From NCBI RefSeq assembly GCF_009914755.1, contig NC_060925.1: a stretch of DNA of 64,000 nt, one strand, 5' to 3'. A program made the position numbers and the translations under genes. Origin of the DNA: the human T2T-CHM13v2.0 reference genome, Homo sapiens. This document shows, in pieces, positions 1-13,727 of this stretch. The notes under the pieces were generated by a model, which saw nothing but the letters and a program-made list of their open reading frames with translations, was not told where the DNA came from and ran no database searches. Position 1 is the stretch's first letter. Every line of letters begins with the position of its first letter.

Positions 1-931
1 AGAGTCCTCTCAGGGTCTGAAATCCTAAATAGTTTACTTAGAAGTTCAAGATCCTTCACTTTTGTTACTCCTGGATGAAATTCACTTAAAAATACTCTTT
101 ATGACTATATGTAAATAAGCTGGTATGTTTTCCTATTATATTCTTTCAGATTGTTGGTTGCTATAGCAATGGATCATTGATTCCACTAATATTTATTGAT
201 AAGCTACTAGCTAGAATAATAGCATTGTTCTAGCTCTAGTACTAGCATTACACTACCACTGGAAATCAAAAGACTTTTGCCTTATTTGCATGACAGCCTA
301 GCAGGTACAAGCTGTGTCATGTACTATAAGAGGAACTTCCATACATTATTTTTAATTTTTTTTATGGCTTTGGAAAATAAGTTTTATTATCTTTTTCAGA
401 TAAGAAAACTGAGACCCAGAAAAATTGAATAATCTTTCTAATAGTGACAGAGCAGGGTTTCACATCTAGACCATTCCTACTCCACACCCATTCAACCTTC
501 ACTACTGTCTATTTTTGTACTTGGTCATTGGTTTTCAAATAGGATAATTTAAAGAATTCTGTTTTACATGTAACATCAGAGCTCCCATCTGATTTTTTTT
601 TTTTTTTTTTTTGTAGCTCTATTTTGAATTTTGTCATCTATTTTCTGTATGATTTTATCAGTAGTACTGACTTAAGTTCATTGGAGAAAAGTCGATTTGA
701 AGAATGGTTGTTTTTATCTTTGAATTGAATTTGATTTCTAAAACCTTCTAGAGGCAGGTGTTCCCCCCACCACACACAGAGTTCCGAAATTATTTTTTTG
801 AATATTTAAATCTAAATCATAGTTGTACTGTTTACGGGCTGACCTATCTTGTACACAATGTAAACCATTATTTTTGTTGGTTGGTTTTTCTGGCCTGAAT
901 AAGTATTGCTAATTCTCTCCTATTGTTTCAG

Positions 932-1038
932 ATTCGATGGGAACTTTAATACCAATGTGTCTAGAACAATTAGTTGTGATCGACTTTCTACTACTGTTAA
1001 TAGCCGGGCCTTCAATCCAGGACGAGACTTAAATTCAG
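932..1038 (+). CDS. CACHD1: CACHD1 internal coding exon (107 nt, phase 2->1): FDGNFNTNVSRTISCDRLSTTVNSRAFNPGRDLNS
   Basis: Acceptor ttgtttcag|A and donor CAG|gtcagt. Open frame joins the 27472 exon (G+TT=Val). Absent from the ORF track. Confidence 0.92.
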
Positions 1039-1181
1039 GTCAGTAATCCATTGGCTTTATAAAGATGAACTGTATTCTACCGCATTCAAGTTGAATAAAC
1101 ATATTGCTTCAATTTTTTTTTTTAATTTTTGAAGAGAAGTATTATATACTTAAGATTGGATATTTCTTGCTGGAAAGTTAA

Positions 1182-1528
<347 letters not shown>

Positions 1529-2744
1529 AATATCTTAAGCTTCTACTAGATAGCTATATATGGTACATGCCAAATACCTTTCTATGCTCTTCAATCTATT
1601 AACTCATTTATCATGAATTTTACATCTGTTATTTTAAAGGTTATTTTAGAGACCCAGTTATCTTTGCAATAGGAGGTATTGGATTTTCTTTGCATTCCCT
1701 AGTTACAATTTTTAATCTGTTTTGGGATTTTTCTGGAAAAATGCTGTGAGAGCTTTTCTATTAATAAACTTAGGGCCATAATACCATATACCAAGGTTGA
1801 ACTTTCTTCCTGTTCTCATTGGAACTCAGCTGAAGGCGGTGTTAATAACTACTGGGTACTCATATTTATATAACTACTGGTTAGCTCCAAAGTGACCTGA
1901 TATCTCCACTTTTTTGCCCTAGAGTTCCACTCCATATTTCTCTTTCTTTTTGTCTTATGTACTCTTGTTGATTGATACATCTCAGAACCTAGAGGGTTCA
2001 CCGTTTAAGAGCTGGAAGGAACTTAAGAAATAATACCATCTCCAATCCTCAGATTTTACCAAGAAAAAAATCTAAAGCACGGGAACCCCCCCAAAGACTT
2101 TCCTTATTGCTGGAAAGACAAAGCATCCTTAAACATGAAGAACCATACTTCCCAAATTCCAGGTCTCATGTAGACACATAAAGCCGAAGAGAAAGGCAGA
2201 GGACCAGAATATTTACTTTTAGGGCCCCAGTAGGTCTCAGTTTGGGGCAGAAATTGTAATCTTTGGGAATTGTATACACAAATCATGTAATCTATTAGGT
2301 CTGAAAAGAATAAGCTGTAAGTTGCATGTTTCTTAGGCATAATAAAACTATAGCTGCTAGATAAATGATCCAACCTAAATCTGCAAATCTGCTAGGCATA
2401 TCATTTTTCATTGGTCAGATCATCTGGAACCCTCTGTAGCAAGTGAGGTTTACTACTAGAAAGGAAGCTAAATGAGAATGGTTTTCATTACAAAAATAAC
2501 AAAAGAGGGTAGACAAGGGCATGGAATGGGCAGGTAAATTAACGGGGAGGATTCCACAACTGGCACAGGGTGCAAAGCTGGAAATCGAGTCTCCAGGTTC
2601 CCAAATTCAGTTTTTTCCCTAAAACATTCCCAGGTACATGAGAGATGTTGCTTGTTCTGAAGACTTGAGGTTGAAATAGCAATCTGAATAGGATCAGATG
2701 TAAGCGTTCCAAAAATACATACTGTAATCCAACATTGTATGTAG

Positions 2745-3401
<657 letters not shown>

Positions 3402-4160
3402 TAGTGTGCATTTATACAATAATTAAGTTTTAAATATTAGTGTGTATTTAAATAAGATCTAGATGGATCACACATAAATGTTAATAGTTATTTTTTAATG
3501 ATGAAACAGTGGGATATTTTTACTTCCTTATTAATTTTCTTAATCTTAAATTAAGCATTTGCTGTTTTTATAATCAGGGAAAAAATAAAAAAAGAAGGAA
3601 TTATGGACGACTTTCAAATGCATTTTCACTCCTTTCTAGTAGACAGTACCTTCCTTAACGTATTTCTGATAATAGATCCTAAGTCTGGTGTTGAGATTCT
3701 AGAAGCTCCATTAACCTCCTGGCTGTGTGACTGGGACAGTAGGAAAGGGCAGGCTTGGGCAGACTGAGTGGGGGGTGTGCTCACTTGGGGTCCAGAATGA
3801 TGGTCCCCTGCCAAGACCACCCACATCAGTGGGTCGGTCAGATCTTGGAGGATCTGGAGGCTGTGGCAGCCAGGGCCTCATCCTCATTGCCTTATTTTTT
3901 GTCTATTTATTGTATTGTTTCTGATAATGAGCACATTGTTGAGATCTGGCTTCATTGTTAGAAGTAGTGTTACTTTTTCTTAGTGAATACTCAGGCCATT
4001 CTTCCAGGTTATGGACTTTAGCTTTTGCTCTGAATGAGTTAGAAGGCCATTGGGAGACTTTACACAGGGGAATCTGGGGAGTGGCCTCTCTAGTATATGG
4101 CCATAACCTGGAAGAATGGTCTCCTACCTGTTAAGTGGAAGGAATAAGTACAACTAGAAG

Positions 4161-4231
4161 TCATTTGACAAATATTTATTAAATGCCTTCTGCATAGTAA
4201 GTACTCTTTTGTTCTAGGTCAGGAGCTGTAA

Positions 4232-4262
<31 letters not shown>

Positions 4263-5990
4263 CACGCACACAGCTTATAATCTGGAGGCCAGGGGCCAGG
4301 AGACATAGAAACAAGTGATATGTTAGAAGATGATGAATGCTATCAAGGAAAAGTAAAGCAGAGATGAGACATAGGGAATACGGTTGGCTGTCGGGGGGAG
4401 GAGCAGATGACTTACTATTTCATCTAAGGGTTTGTGGGTGAGATCTGAGTAAGTGGGATTGTAGACTATGGGTTTATCTGGGGGCAGCATATCTGGGGCA
4501 AAGACCTTGAATTGAGTGACTGTTTGGTGTGCTTGGAAACTGCAAGAAGGCCACTGTAACTGTGGTGGTGTGAAAGAGCTGGGAGTAGATTAGGCCAGAG
4601 AGGCAGTCGGGGGCCAGGTCACCAAGAGCCTTATTTTACTGGCCATTATAAGGACTTTAGCTTTTGCTCTGAATGAGATAGAAAGCCATCATGTGGTGGG
4701 GGAGTTACATAGAGAAGTGACATGATTTGACTTCGGTTAAAAGGTTTACTGAGCCAAGACTAGACTGGACAAGGCAAAGGTAGAAGTAGGGGAAGACAAC
4801 TTAGAAAGTTACTCCAAAATCCAGGCAGCAGATGATGATAGCATTAATAGTGCAGTGACAGTGGAGGTGATGAGAAGCAGTTGAATTCTGAATATGTTTT
4901 GAAGGTAGAATCAGTAGGATTTGCTGGTCCATTGGATGGTGGGCAGGGTAGGGGACCAGGTATGTGAGAGTAAGAGAGGAGTCCAGAAAGACTTCTAAGA
5001 TCCTTGGCCTTACAAGGAGAAGGACAGAGTTGTCATTTATTGTGATGGGGAATGCTGGGAGAAGAGCAGGTTTGTGTGAGAGGCAGGTTATTAAAAGTTA
5101 CGTTTGAGATGCTCATTGGATATCTAAGTAGAAGGGCCTCATAAGCAGTTGGATATACAAGTCTGCAGTCTAGGTAATAGCCAAGGCTAGAGATTCATTG
5201 TGTATAGGTAGTACTAAAATCATGAGGCTCATTTAGATCACGTAGCAAGTGACTGTGGGTAGAAAAGAGAAGGGCTCCAGGGACTGAGTCTTGGGGTGCT
5301 TTACTGCTGAGGTGACACTGAGATGAAGAGGAAGCTGGAAAGGGAGCTGAGAAGGGCAGTCAGGCAGGTAGAAAGAGGACCAAGAGGACTGTCTCCCTGA
5401 AGCCAAGTGAAGAAAGTGTTGCAAGAAAGAGGGAGAGATCAACTTTGTCACCTAGTCCCTGTATGCTGAGGGTCCAGAAAACCAGCCATATGATTTAGCA
5501 ATGTAGAGGCTATGGGTGAGCTTGTCAAGGGTTGTTTGGTAGAATAGTAGCATAGGCTGATCCTAGAGGGTTCAAGCTCTGGAGAACGGAGGAGAGGAGT
5601 CAGAGGAAATAAGGACTTGAACTCCTGAGATTTGCTCAAAGGAAAGTTAGAAGGCCAGATGAGATCAAGAAGATATTTTTTAATTGAGAGAAATTATACT
5701 CAGTTTATGTGCCAAAGGGAATAATCCAGTAGAGATTGACACAAGAGCAAGGGGAGAAGATTGCTAGAGCTTTTTCCCTGATTAGGTAAGAGATACTGCA
5801 TCACCAGTAGAGGACCTAGAAGCACAGAGCGTTCATTCATAGCAAGAAGAGGAAAGGAAGAGTACATGGATGGAGATGCTCATATGATGATGGGTATGAA
5901 CGTGGGGACACTCCCTTCTTAGTGATTCTGTTTTTTCAGAGAATTAGAAAGCAAGATCATCAGCTGAGAGTGAGGACCAGGGAATAAGCA
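4161..5990 (-). mobile_element. LINE-2 remnant, interrupted by a (CA)n tract
   Basis: Begins with the reverse complement of the L2 3' end (catttgacaaatatttattaaatgcc) and contains typical L2 blocks such as tttgagatgctcattggatatctaagt. Boundaries approximate. Confidence 0.65.
4232..4272. repeat. (CA)n microsatellite
   Basis: About 20 CA units with two CG interruptions. Confidence 0.95.
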
Positions 5991-7981
5991 TTAAAGACCT
6001 GTTAGTGGTACTAAGATTACCTCCTGTTACTGAGGTTTAGACTGAAACTCAGTGCACAAATAATCCCAACAAAATGCTGATGTATTTCAGTGTTTATTTG
6101 TGAAGGAAGAGAGTTCAGATAGTTTGAAAATTCAGAGGGTGGGGAAGAAGAGTGTGGAGAGGGCAGAGGTAAGTAGAATATAAAGACCAGATCTTGAATT
6201 TTTATATTTCTGTGAGCATGTCTCAAGTATAACCTACTACATAACAAGAGTTGTTCTCAGCACAGTTGACACAGCTAGATTTACAAGCAGATTTTGGCAA
6301 TATTCAGGTATTTAAGAACTGACTTGCTTGCATTTGAAGTTTTGCAACATTCTACTAGGCAGTGGCTACATCCCAAAGTCCACATACTTGAGCAGTTATT
6401 TGTAATATGAGAGGAGTGGGACATGGTGAAAGGTGACCTCAGAGTTCCCCCTTTTCCTCCTGTACAGCTCATGCCCCTTTTCAGAGCAGAATTAATGTAC
6501 TTTGTAGGTTATCACATGTCTGATATTTACATCTGCAAGATGTCCAGCCTTAGGCTCTTTCATACTGTATATAATTCATCAATGGGCCCCTAATTGATAA
6601 CACAGTTTCAGATTGCCTCTCAGACTAGCTGGAAGCAGACTCACATAAATTATAAACCATTCTTAACTTCATTTGTCCAAAACTGGGTCGTGTGTCCATT
6701 CATCCAACACACATGTGTATTCTTTTTCTTAAAACCACCCCAGCCAGATCCCTACTTTCTAAATTGACTCCTTGTCCCTGAGTCTATTCAAATAACTAAA
6801 GTTTGACAGTGCATGTGTTATATTATGGTTCTGGTAATGTTTTGCTCAGGTTCTTTCCTGCTTTTATCCCTACTTTCTCACTCTCTCTCTTTTTTTTCTT
6901 TTAAATTCCTGCTGAGCTATTTTCTTGTGCCTGGCCTGATCCCTAAAGAGAGTTTATTTGAAGAGTCCAAGAGAAGTTGCCTCTTGCTCTCTTGAGTTAT
7001 GCAATTGAGGTGAGAGTGAAGTAGGAGTTAGTCTTTCTCACTGAAAGAAAAAGCGTCTGGACTTTCTTTATTGCGTTTGATTTTAAAGAGCATTTGAAGT
7101 CGCAAACTTCGATCTTGGTAACATTGCAGTCTTCATTGAGAAACGGGATTCACGGGGTGTAAGGGGCATTTATAAGTCATGTTACAGAGGTAAATGCTAT
7201 AGGATAGGATGTACAGGTGGGCCTTAGAGGCTGTCGATTGTTGTGGCTTCATCATTTCCTTCTATGAATGATAATGAGTAGCTATGTACTATGTGCTATA
7301 GGTTTTTCTCTTTAAAATACCATGAAAATTACCTTTTAAATATGCATTAGAAAAGTTATCCTGGTAACAATTCAATGAAAAGGCCATGTTCTACCTGAAA
7401 TAAAGAAGAAAAATCAACCAAGCTAGAAATTTCTCATTCCTTTTTATGCCCAATTGCTTCAGCTTCATGATTGCATTAGTGTCATAAAATATGTAATTAG
7501 TTGTATAACATTTAAAAGCTGTTTAGTCACTCAGAAATGTAGATTCTTGAGCTTGTATGATTCAGTTTATATTCGTATGTATGTGTGTATACTTATGTAT
7601 ATGCATACACAGAATTAAGGAACTAAACAAACAAGGTCTCTTTCTTTACCTGCTTCCCCCTTCAAACTCTATTCCTATACTGCAAACTTATATCAAAGTT
7701 TGGTCTTTCTTATAGTTTCTCATAACGACCCTATTACACTGACTTCAGAAGATTTTGTTAGCCATATACTGGCATATATACATATATACACAACATATGT
7801 ATATAAATACAAATATATATACACACTCACACTCATACTACATATCATAATGGATATAGCCTTTTTTTAACTTAGCAAATGTATCCTGAACTTTTTTATT
7901 TTCATAAAATAAGATTTTATGCAGTAAAATCAATAAAACAAATCTTAATTTGTTTATTTAAGCTCCCACATGTAGACATAT

Positions 7982-10331
7982 TGTATTAGTCCACTCTCTT
8001 GCTGCTAATAATAAAGACATACCTGAGACTAGGTAATTTATAAAGGAAAGAGGTTTAATTGACTCACAGTTCAGCATGGCTGGGGAGGCCTCAGGAAACT
8101 TACAATCATGACTGAAGGGGAAGCAAACATGTCCTTCTTCACATGGCAGCAGCAAGGAGAAGTGAAGAGTGAAGCAGGGAGGAAAAGCCCCTTATAAAAC
8201 GATCAGATCTCCTGAGAACTCACTTTCACAAGAACAGCATGAAGGTAACCATCCCCATGATTCAGTTACCTCCCACTGGGTCCCTCCCATGACACATGGG
8301 GATTATGGAAACTACAGTTCAAGATGAGATTTAGGTGGGGACACAGCCAAACCATATCATTCTGCCTCAGCCCCTCTCAAAACTAATGTCCTGACAATTC
8401 AAAACATAATCATGCCCTTCTAAGAGTCCCCCAAAGTCTTAACTCATTCCAGGATTAACTCAAAAGTCCAAGTCCACAGTCTCATCTGAGACAAGGCAAG
8501 TCCCTTCCATCTATGAGCTGGTAAAATCAAAAGCAAGTTAGTTACTTCCTAGATACAATGGGGGTACAGGCATTGGGCAAATAGACCTGTTACAAATGGG
8601 AGAAATTGGCCAAAACAAAGGGGCTACAGGCCCCATGCAAGTCGAAAATCAAAGAGGGCAGTCATTAAACTTTAAAGTTCCAAAATGATCTCCTTTGACT
8701 AGATGTCCCACATCCAGGGGTATGCTGATACAAGAGATGAGCTCCCACGGCCTGGGGCAGCTCCGCCCATGTGGCTTTGCAGGGTAAGCCCACCTCCTGG
8801 CTCCTATCACGGGCTAGCCTTGAGTGTTTGCAGCTTTTCCAGGTGCACAGTGCAAGCTGTCAGTGAATCTACCATTCTGGAGTCTGGAGGATGGTGGTCC
8901 TCTTCTCAAAACTTTGCTAGACAGTGCCCCAGTGGGTACTCTGTGTGGGGGCTCCAACCCCACATCTCCCTTCCACACTGCCCTAGCAGAGGTTCTCCAT
9001 GAGTGCCCCACCCCTACAGCAAACTTCTGCCTGGACATCCAGGTGTTTCCATACATCCTCTGAAATCTAGGCAGAGGCTCCCAAACCTCGGCTCTTGTCG
9101 CCTGCACACCCACAGGCCCAACACCACATGGAACCTGCCAAGACTTGGGGCTTGCATCCTCTGAAGCCATGGCCCAAGCTGTGCCTTGGCCCCTTTTAGC
9201 CATGGCTGGAGCTGGAGTGGCTGGGACACAGAGCACCACATCCTGAGGCAGCACAGACTAGTGGGTCCCTGAGCCTGGCCAAAGAAACCATTTATTCCTC
9301 TGAGGCCTCTGGGCCTGTGATGGGAGGGGCTGCTCTGAAGGTCTGTGACATGCCCTGGAGACATTTTCCTCATTGTCTTGGCTGTTAACATTCGGCTCCT
9401 TGTTACTTAGGCAAATTTCTGCAGCTGGCTTGAATTTCTCCCCAGGAAATGGGTTTTTCTTTTCTACCACATGGTCATGCTGCACATTTTCCAAAATTTA
9501 TGCTCTGCTTCCCTTTTAAATATAAATTCCAGTTTTAGATAATCTCTTTGTTCATGCATATATGCATACAGTTTTAGAAACAGCAAGGTCAACTCTTGAA
9601 TGCATTGTTGCTTAGAAATTTCTTCCTTGCCAGATACCCTAAATCATCTCTCTCAAGTTGAAAGTTTCACAGATTGCCAGGGCAGAAGCAAAAGTCTCTT
9701 TGCTAAAGCATAGCAAGAGTGGCCTTTGCTCCAGTTCCCAATAAGTTCCTCATCCACATGTGAGACCACCTCAGCCTGGACCTCATTGTCCATATCACTG
9801 TCAGCATTTTGGTCCAAGCCATTCAACAAGTCTCTAGGAAGTTCCAGACTTTCCCTCATCTTCCTGTTTTCTTCAGAGCCCTCCAATCTCTGCTGGTTAC
9901 CCAGTCCCAAAGTCACTTCCACATTCTCAGGTATCTTTATAGCAGTGCCTCGCTACCTCATTGCCAATTTTCTGTATTAATCCATCCTCATACTGCTATA
10001 CAGATACTACATGAGACTGAGGAGTTTGTGAAGAAAAGAGGCTTAATTGACTCACAGTTCCACATGGCTATGGAGGCCTCGGGAAACTTGTAATCATGTT
10101 GGAAGGCAAAGGGCAAGCAAGGCATGTCTTACATGGCAACAGGAGGGGATTGGGGTGGGGGAACTGCCAAACACTTAATGCATCAGATTTAGTGAGAACT
10201 CACTATCATGAGAATAGCATGGGGGAAACTGCCCCCATGATCCAATTGCCTCATACCAGGTTTCTCCCTAACATGTGAGGATTACAATTCAAGATGAGGT
10301 TTGGGTGGGGACACAGAGCCAAAACCTATCA
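7982..10331 (-). mobile_element. THE1-family MaLR: LTR 7982-8359, internal region 8360-9972, LTR 9973-10331
   Basis: Both LTRs run TGTATTA...TATCA and share ttaattgactcacagttc. The ~1.6-kb internal region gives the MaLR-int-like ORFs at 8703-9980. Confidence 0.9.
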
Positions 10332-10751
10332 TGAACCATAAAAGCATAATTCAAATGAAAGTTATTATATTATCTTAATACAAAGTATCTCTAATAGAAG
10401 TTTTTTTATAGGATTCCATATATCAATACCATTTTTGTATGCATTTACCTTTTCTATCATACTGTGAGATCACAGAAGCATTTATCTATCTTTATATCCT
10501 CATGAGCAACCATCTTGTTCAGTCTTCACTGTATAGGTGCTTATATAATGTTTATTGAATTAATGTTGGTGGTTACTTATCGTCGTTGTTGCTAAATTTT
10601 ATAATGAGTATGTAAGGAAAATACCTAGGTCATTGAAGGATAAGTCTAGGTAGTAGTATATAGAACAATACTCAGATGTTTTCAGGGAAAATGAGTCACA
10701 TGCATTTGGCTTTCTGCTTAGAATTAATTCTCTCCCTCTTTTCAAAAAACC

Positions 10752-11652
10752 TGGAAGCATTTGTTTACAGCATATTTTACTGAATATTTTAAGCCCACTC
10801 TGGAGCCCCACTCCTCAAAAAAAAAGATTCCCTTCTAAATATTGCTACCCATTGACAGTGCACCTGGTCACCCAAGAGCTCTGATGGAGATGTGCCAGGA
10901 GATTAATGTTGTTTTCATGCCTGCTAGTACAGTGTCCACTCTGCAGCCAATGGATCAAGGAGTGATTTTTACTTTCAAGTCTAATTATTTAAGAAATACA
11001 TTTCATAAGGCTGTAGCTTTCATAGATAGTGATTTCTCTGATGGATCAGGGCAAAGTAAATTAACACCTTCTGGAAATGATTCACCATTCTAGATGCCAT
11101 TAAGAACATTTGGGATTCATGGAAGGAGGTCAAAATATCAACATTAATAGGAGTTTGGAAGAAGTTGATTCTAACCTTCATGGATGACTTTGAGGGGCAA
11201 GATTTCAGTGGAGGAAGTCACTGCAAATGTGGTAGAAATACCAGGAAAACTAGAATTAGAAGTAGAGCCTGAAGATGTGCCTCAATTGGTATAATCTTAT
11301 GATAAAACTTAGACAAATGAGGAGTTGCTTGTTATGGATGAGCAATGAAAATAGTTTCTTGAGATGGAATGTACTCCTAGTGAAGATGCTGTGAACATTG
11401 TTGAAATAACAACAAAGGACTTAGAATATTACATGAATTTAGCTGATGAAACAGCAGCTATAGTGTAGTGTAGTGTAAAAATATAAAAATATAAAAAAAT
11501 AAAAATATAAATATAAAAAGACTATAGTGTTGTGTAAAAATAACTTTCATATGCACTGGGAAACCAAAAACTTCGTGTGACTCACTTTATTGCCTTACTC
11601 ACTTTATTCCAGGGGTCGAGAACTGAGCTGCAGTATCTCCAAGGTATGGCTA
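10752..11652 (+). mobile_element. Tigger1 (TcMar) 3' fragment with frameshifted DDE transposase remnant
   Basis: ORF 10842..11093 ([14 protein letters not shown]...[19 protein letters not shown]) is Tigger1 transposase-like. Ends in a degenerate TIR, atctccaaggtatgg. Confidence 0.88.
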
Positions 11653-11699
11653 CGTGTTTAAAAGTCAGGCTCTCATTGCTCCCTGGAAGGGTTTCAAGT

Positions 11700-13727
11700 G
11701 ACTCCTCTACAGTTTTGCTTGACTATTTTGTAGTAGTTGACATGTAAACCTCTTTTTTGAAACTCTCTTATCATTTGGTTTCTATAAAATTACTTTCTGC
11801 TATTTATCCTCTTATGTCTCTGTTTAATCCTTATTTTTCCTCTGGGGCTCCATTTTCTTTATTCTGTAGCTCAGAGTAGATGTCCCCACATATCCTCTCT
11901 TACCATCCTCCTCACCTCACTAATCATTATCTTCCTGAATGTTCTAAGTTTAGCCAGCTTCCCAGCTCCTGCCACATGCTGGTGAATTCACAATCTCTAG
12001 CTCCAGACCTGGTCTATTTCTGAGTTTATTTATTGAATAACCACCTTCAGGACACACATCTCACTGTGATTTTCCTGTAGGTACCACAAAACAAACTTTC
12101 CTTTGAATTTGCTCCCCAGTCTGGGTTCCCTGTCATATTCAGTATTACCTTCATTCTGGTTACACTGGGAATTTTTCCTCACCATTTTCCGCTCAGTACT
12201 TCTCCAGGTTTTATCCATTTTGACCTAATACGAGTCATTGTCCACGTAAGGGTATGAATAAATAAGTGAATATTTGTCAAGTATTCACTAAGTACTAGAC
12301 CCCTGGCTGGGCATCTCCCTGTGCATTGCTCTTCTTTAGTCTAGACACCAGCTGGGCATCTGCCTATGGATTGCTTTTCTTGCCTGGTCTAGACACCTGG
12401 CTGGACATCTGCCTATGTGTTGCTCTTCTTATTTGGTCTGGACAGCTGAGTGGGCATCTGCCTATGCATTGTTCTTCTTATTTCATCTAAACACCTGGCT
12501 GGACACCTGTCTGTGTGTTGCTTTTCTTTTTGTGGTCTAGACACCTGGATGGACACCTGCCTATGGGTTGTTCTTCTTTGGTCTAGACATCTTGTTGGAC
12601 ATTTGCCTATAGGTTGCTCTTGTTTGGTCTAGACACCTGGCTGGACGTTTGCCTATAGGTTACTCTTGTTTGGTCTAGACACCCCGCTGGGTACCTGCTT
12701 GTGCATTGCTCTTCTTGTTAGGCCTAGATACCCGGCTGTGCATCTGCCTGTGTGTTGCTCTTGTTTGGTCTAGATACCGGCTGGGCATCTGCCTATGAGT
12801 GGCTCTTGATTGGTACACTGACTTGTGACATAGGTCTCATTGTCCTCTATTCATTGAAAAGGAAATTTGGCTCAGATTCTGTAGCTAAAAATGAGTCTTG
12901 AATCCCCTTTCTTTTTCCCCTGCTACTGTGGTAAATTTAGATCCTCATTTCTCTTCTAGAAGAATAATTAACGTAGAGACCCCCCAAAAGGTTTCCCTGC
13001 TTCTCTTCCCTCTTTTTCCACACATCCTAAACACACACTGAGTATTTTGAAAAAATCTCCTCTGTAACTGCATTTCTCAAAAGCCTCTGATGGCTCCCTT
13101 TACATCTAAGCTCACGTTGGAGACCCTGCACCCCCATCTTCTGCTCCTTTTCCTTGAGTCCTCCAGGCTCTAGCCTCAGGAAATCCCTTTCATTTCTTCA
13201 GAATCACCCACCTCCATCACCGCTCCGTACTTTTGATCACATTATTGTTTCATCCTACAGCACGCTGCCAGCCGCCTCTGACATGTAAAACATTGCTTAT
13301 TCCTAAGGATCCAGCTTCCTTGTCACCTCCCCTCACCCTTCTAGATAAGAATTTCTTGTTTGTTGTAACAGGTTGGCTTTCTGAGTAAGCAGACTCTGAG
13401 ATGGACCTTGGCAGCCTATGAAGAAAGGGAGGAAAGGAGAATTGAGAATGGGAGAGAGCAGGGCTTCTACACAGTGTCAGCAAAGGCCTCTGCCAACCCC
13501 AGGACTGCTTGGAAGCTGGGGTGGCCTTCCAGGGTTGTGTTGGCTCAGCTATGACTCTTTATGACTTTACTGTATGGCACATTCTTACTGCAGATTTTTG
13601 ATTTTTTAAGTGAGATGCCTACTTGACCTTGTGCTTATTTTTATTTATTTATTGTATGCCAAGTGCCCAATCCAGTGCCTTGCCCATAGCACGTATACAG
13701 TAAATTCTTATTGAAAGAAAGAATGAA
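11700..13727 (+). mobile_element. LINE-2 fragments flanking the minisatellite
   Basis: Pyrimidine-rich L2-like blocks ending in the L2 terminus (cagtaaattcttattgaaagaaagaatgaa). Boundaries approximate. Confidence 0.5.
12295..12814. repeat. Minisatellite: 11 copies of a 45-50 bp unit, consensus approximately CTAGACACCTGGCTGGRCATCTGCCTATGTGTTGCTCTTCTTTGGT
   Basis: Units start at 12295, 12341, 12389, 12438, 12487, 12537, 12583, 12629, 12675, 12724 and 12770. Confidence 0.95.

Noticed and set aside
8703-10278. Cluster of ORFs up to 146 aa
   Set aside because: Fragmented frames of the THE1 internal region and LTR.
10842-11093. Domesticated TIGD-like transposase
   Set aside because: 5'-truncated, frameshifted and internally deleted Tigger1 relic.
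12295-12814. CRISPR-like array
   Set aside because: The whole unit repeats with no unique spacers, there are no cas genes, and the context is a mammalian intron.
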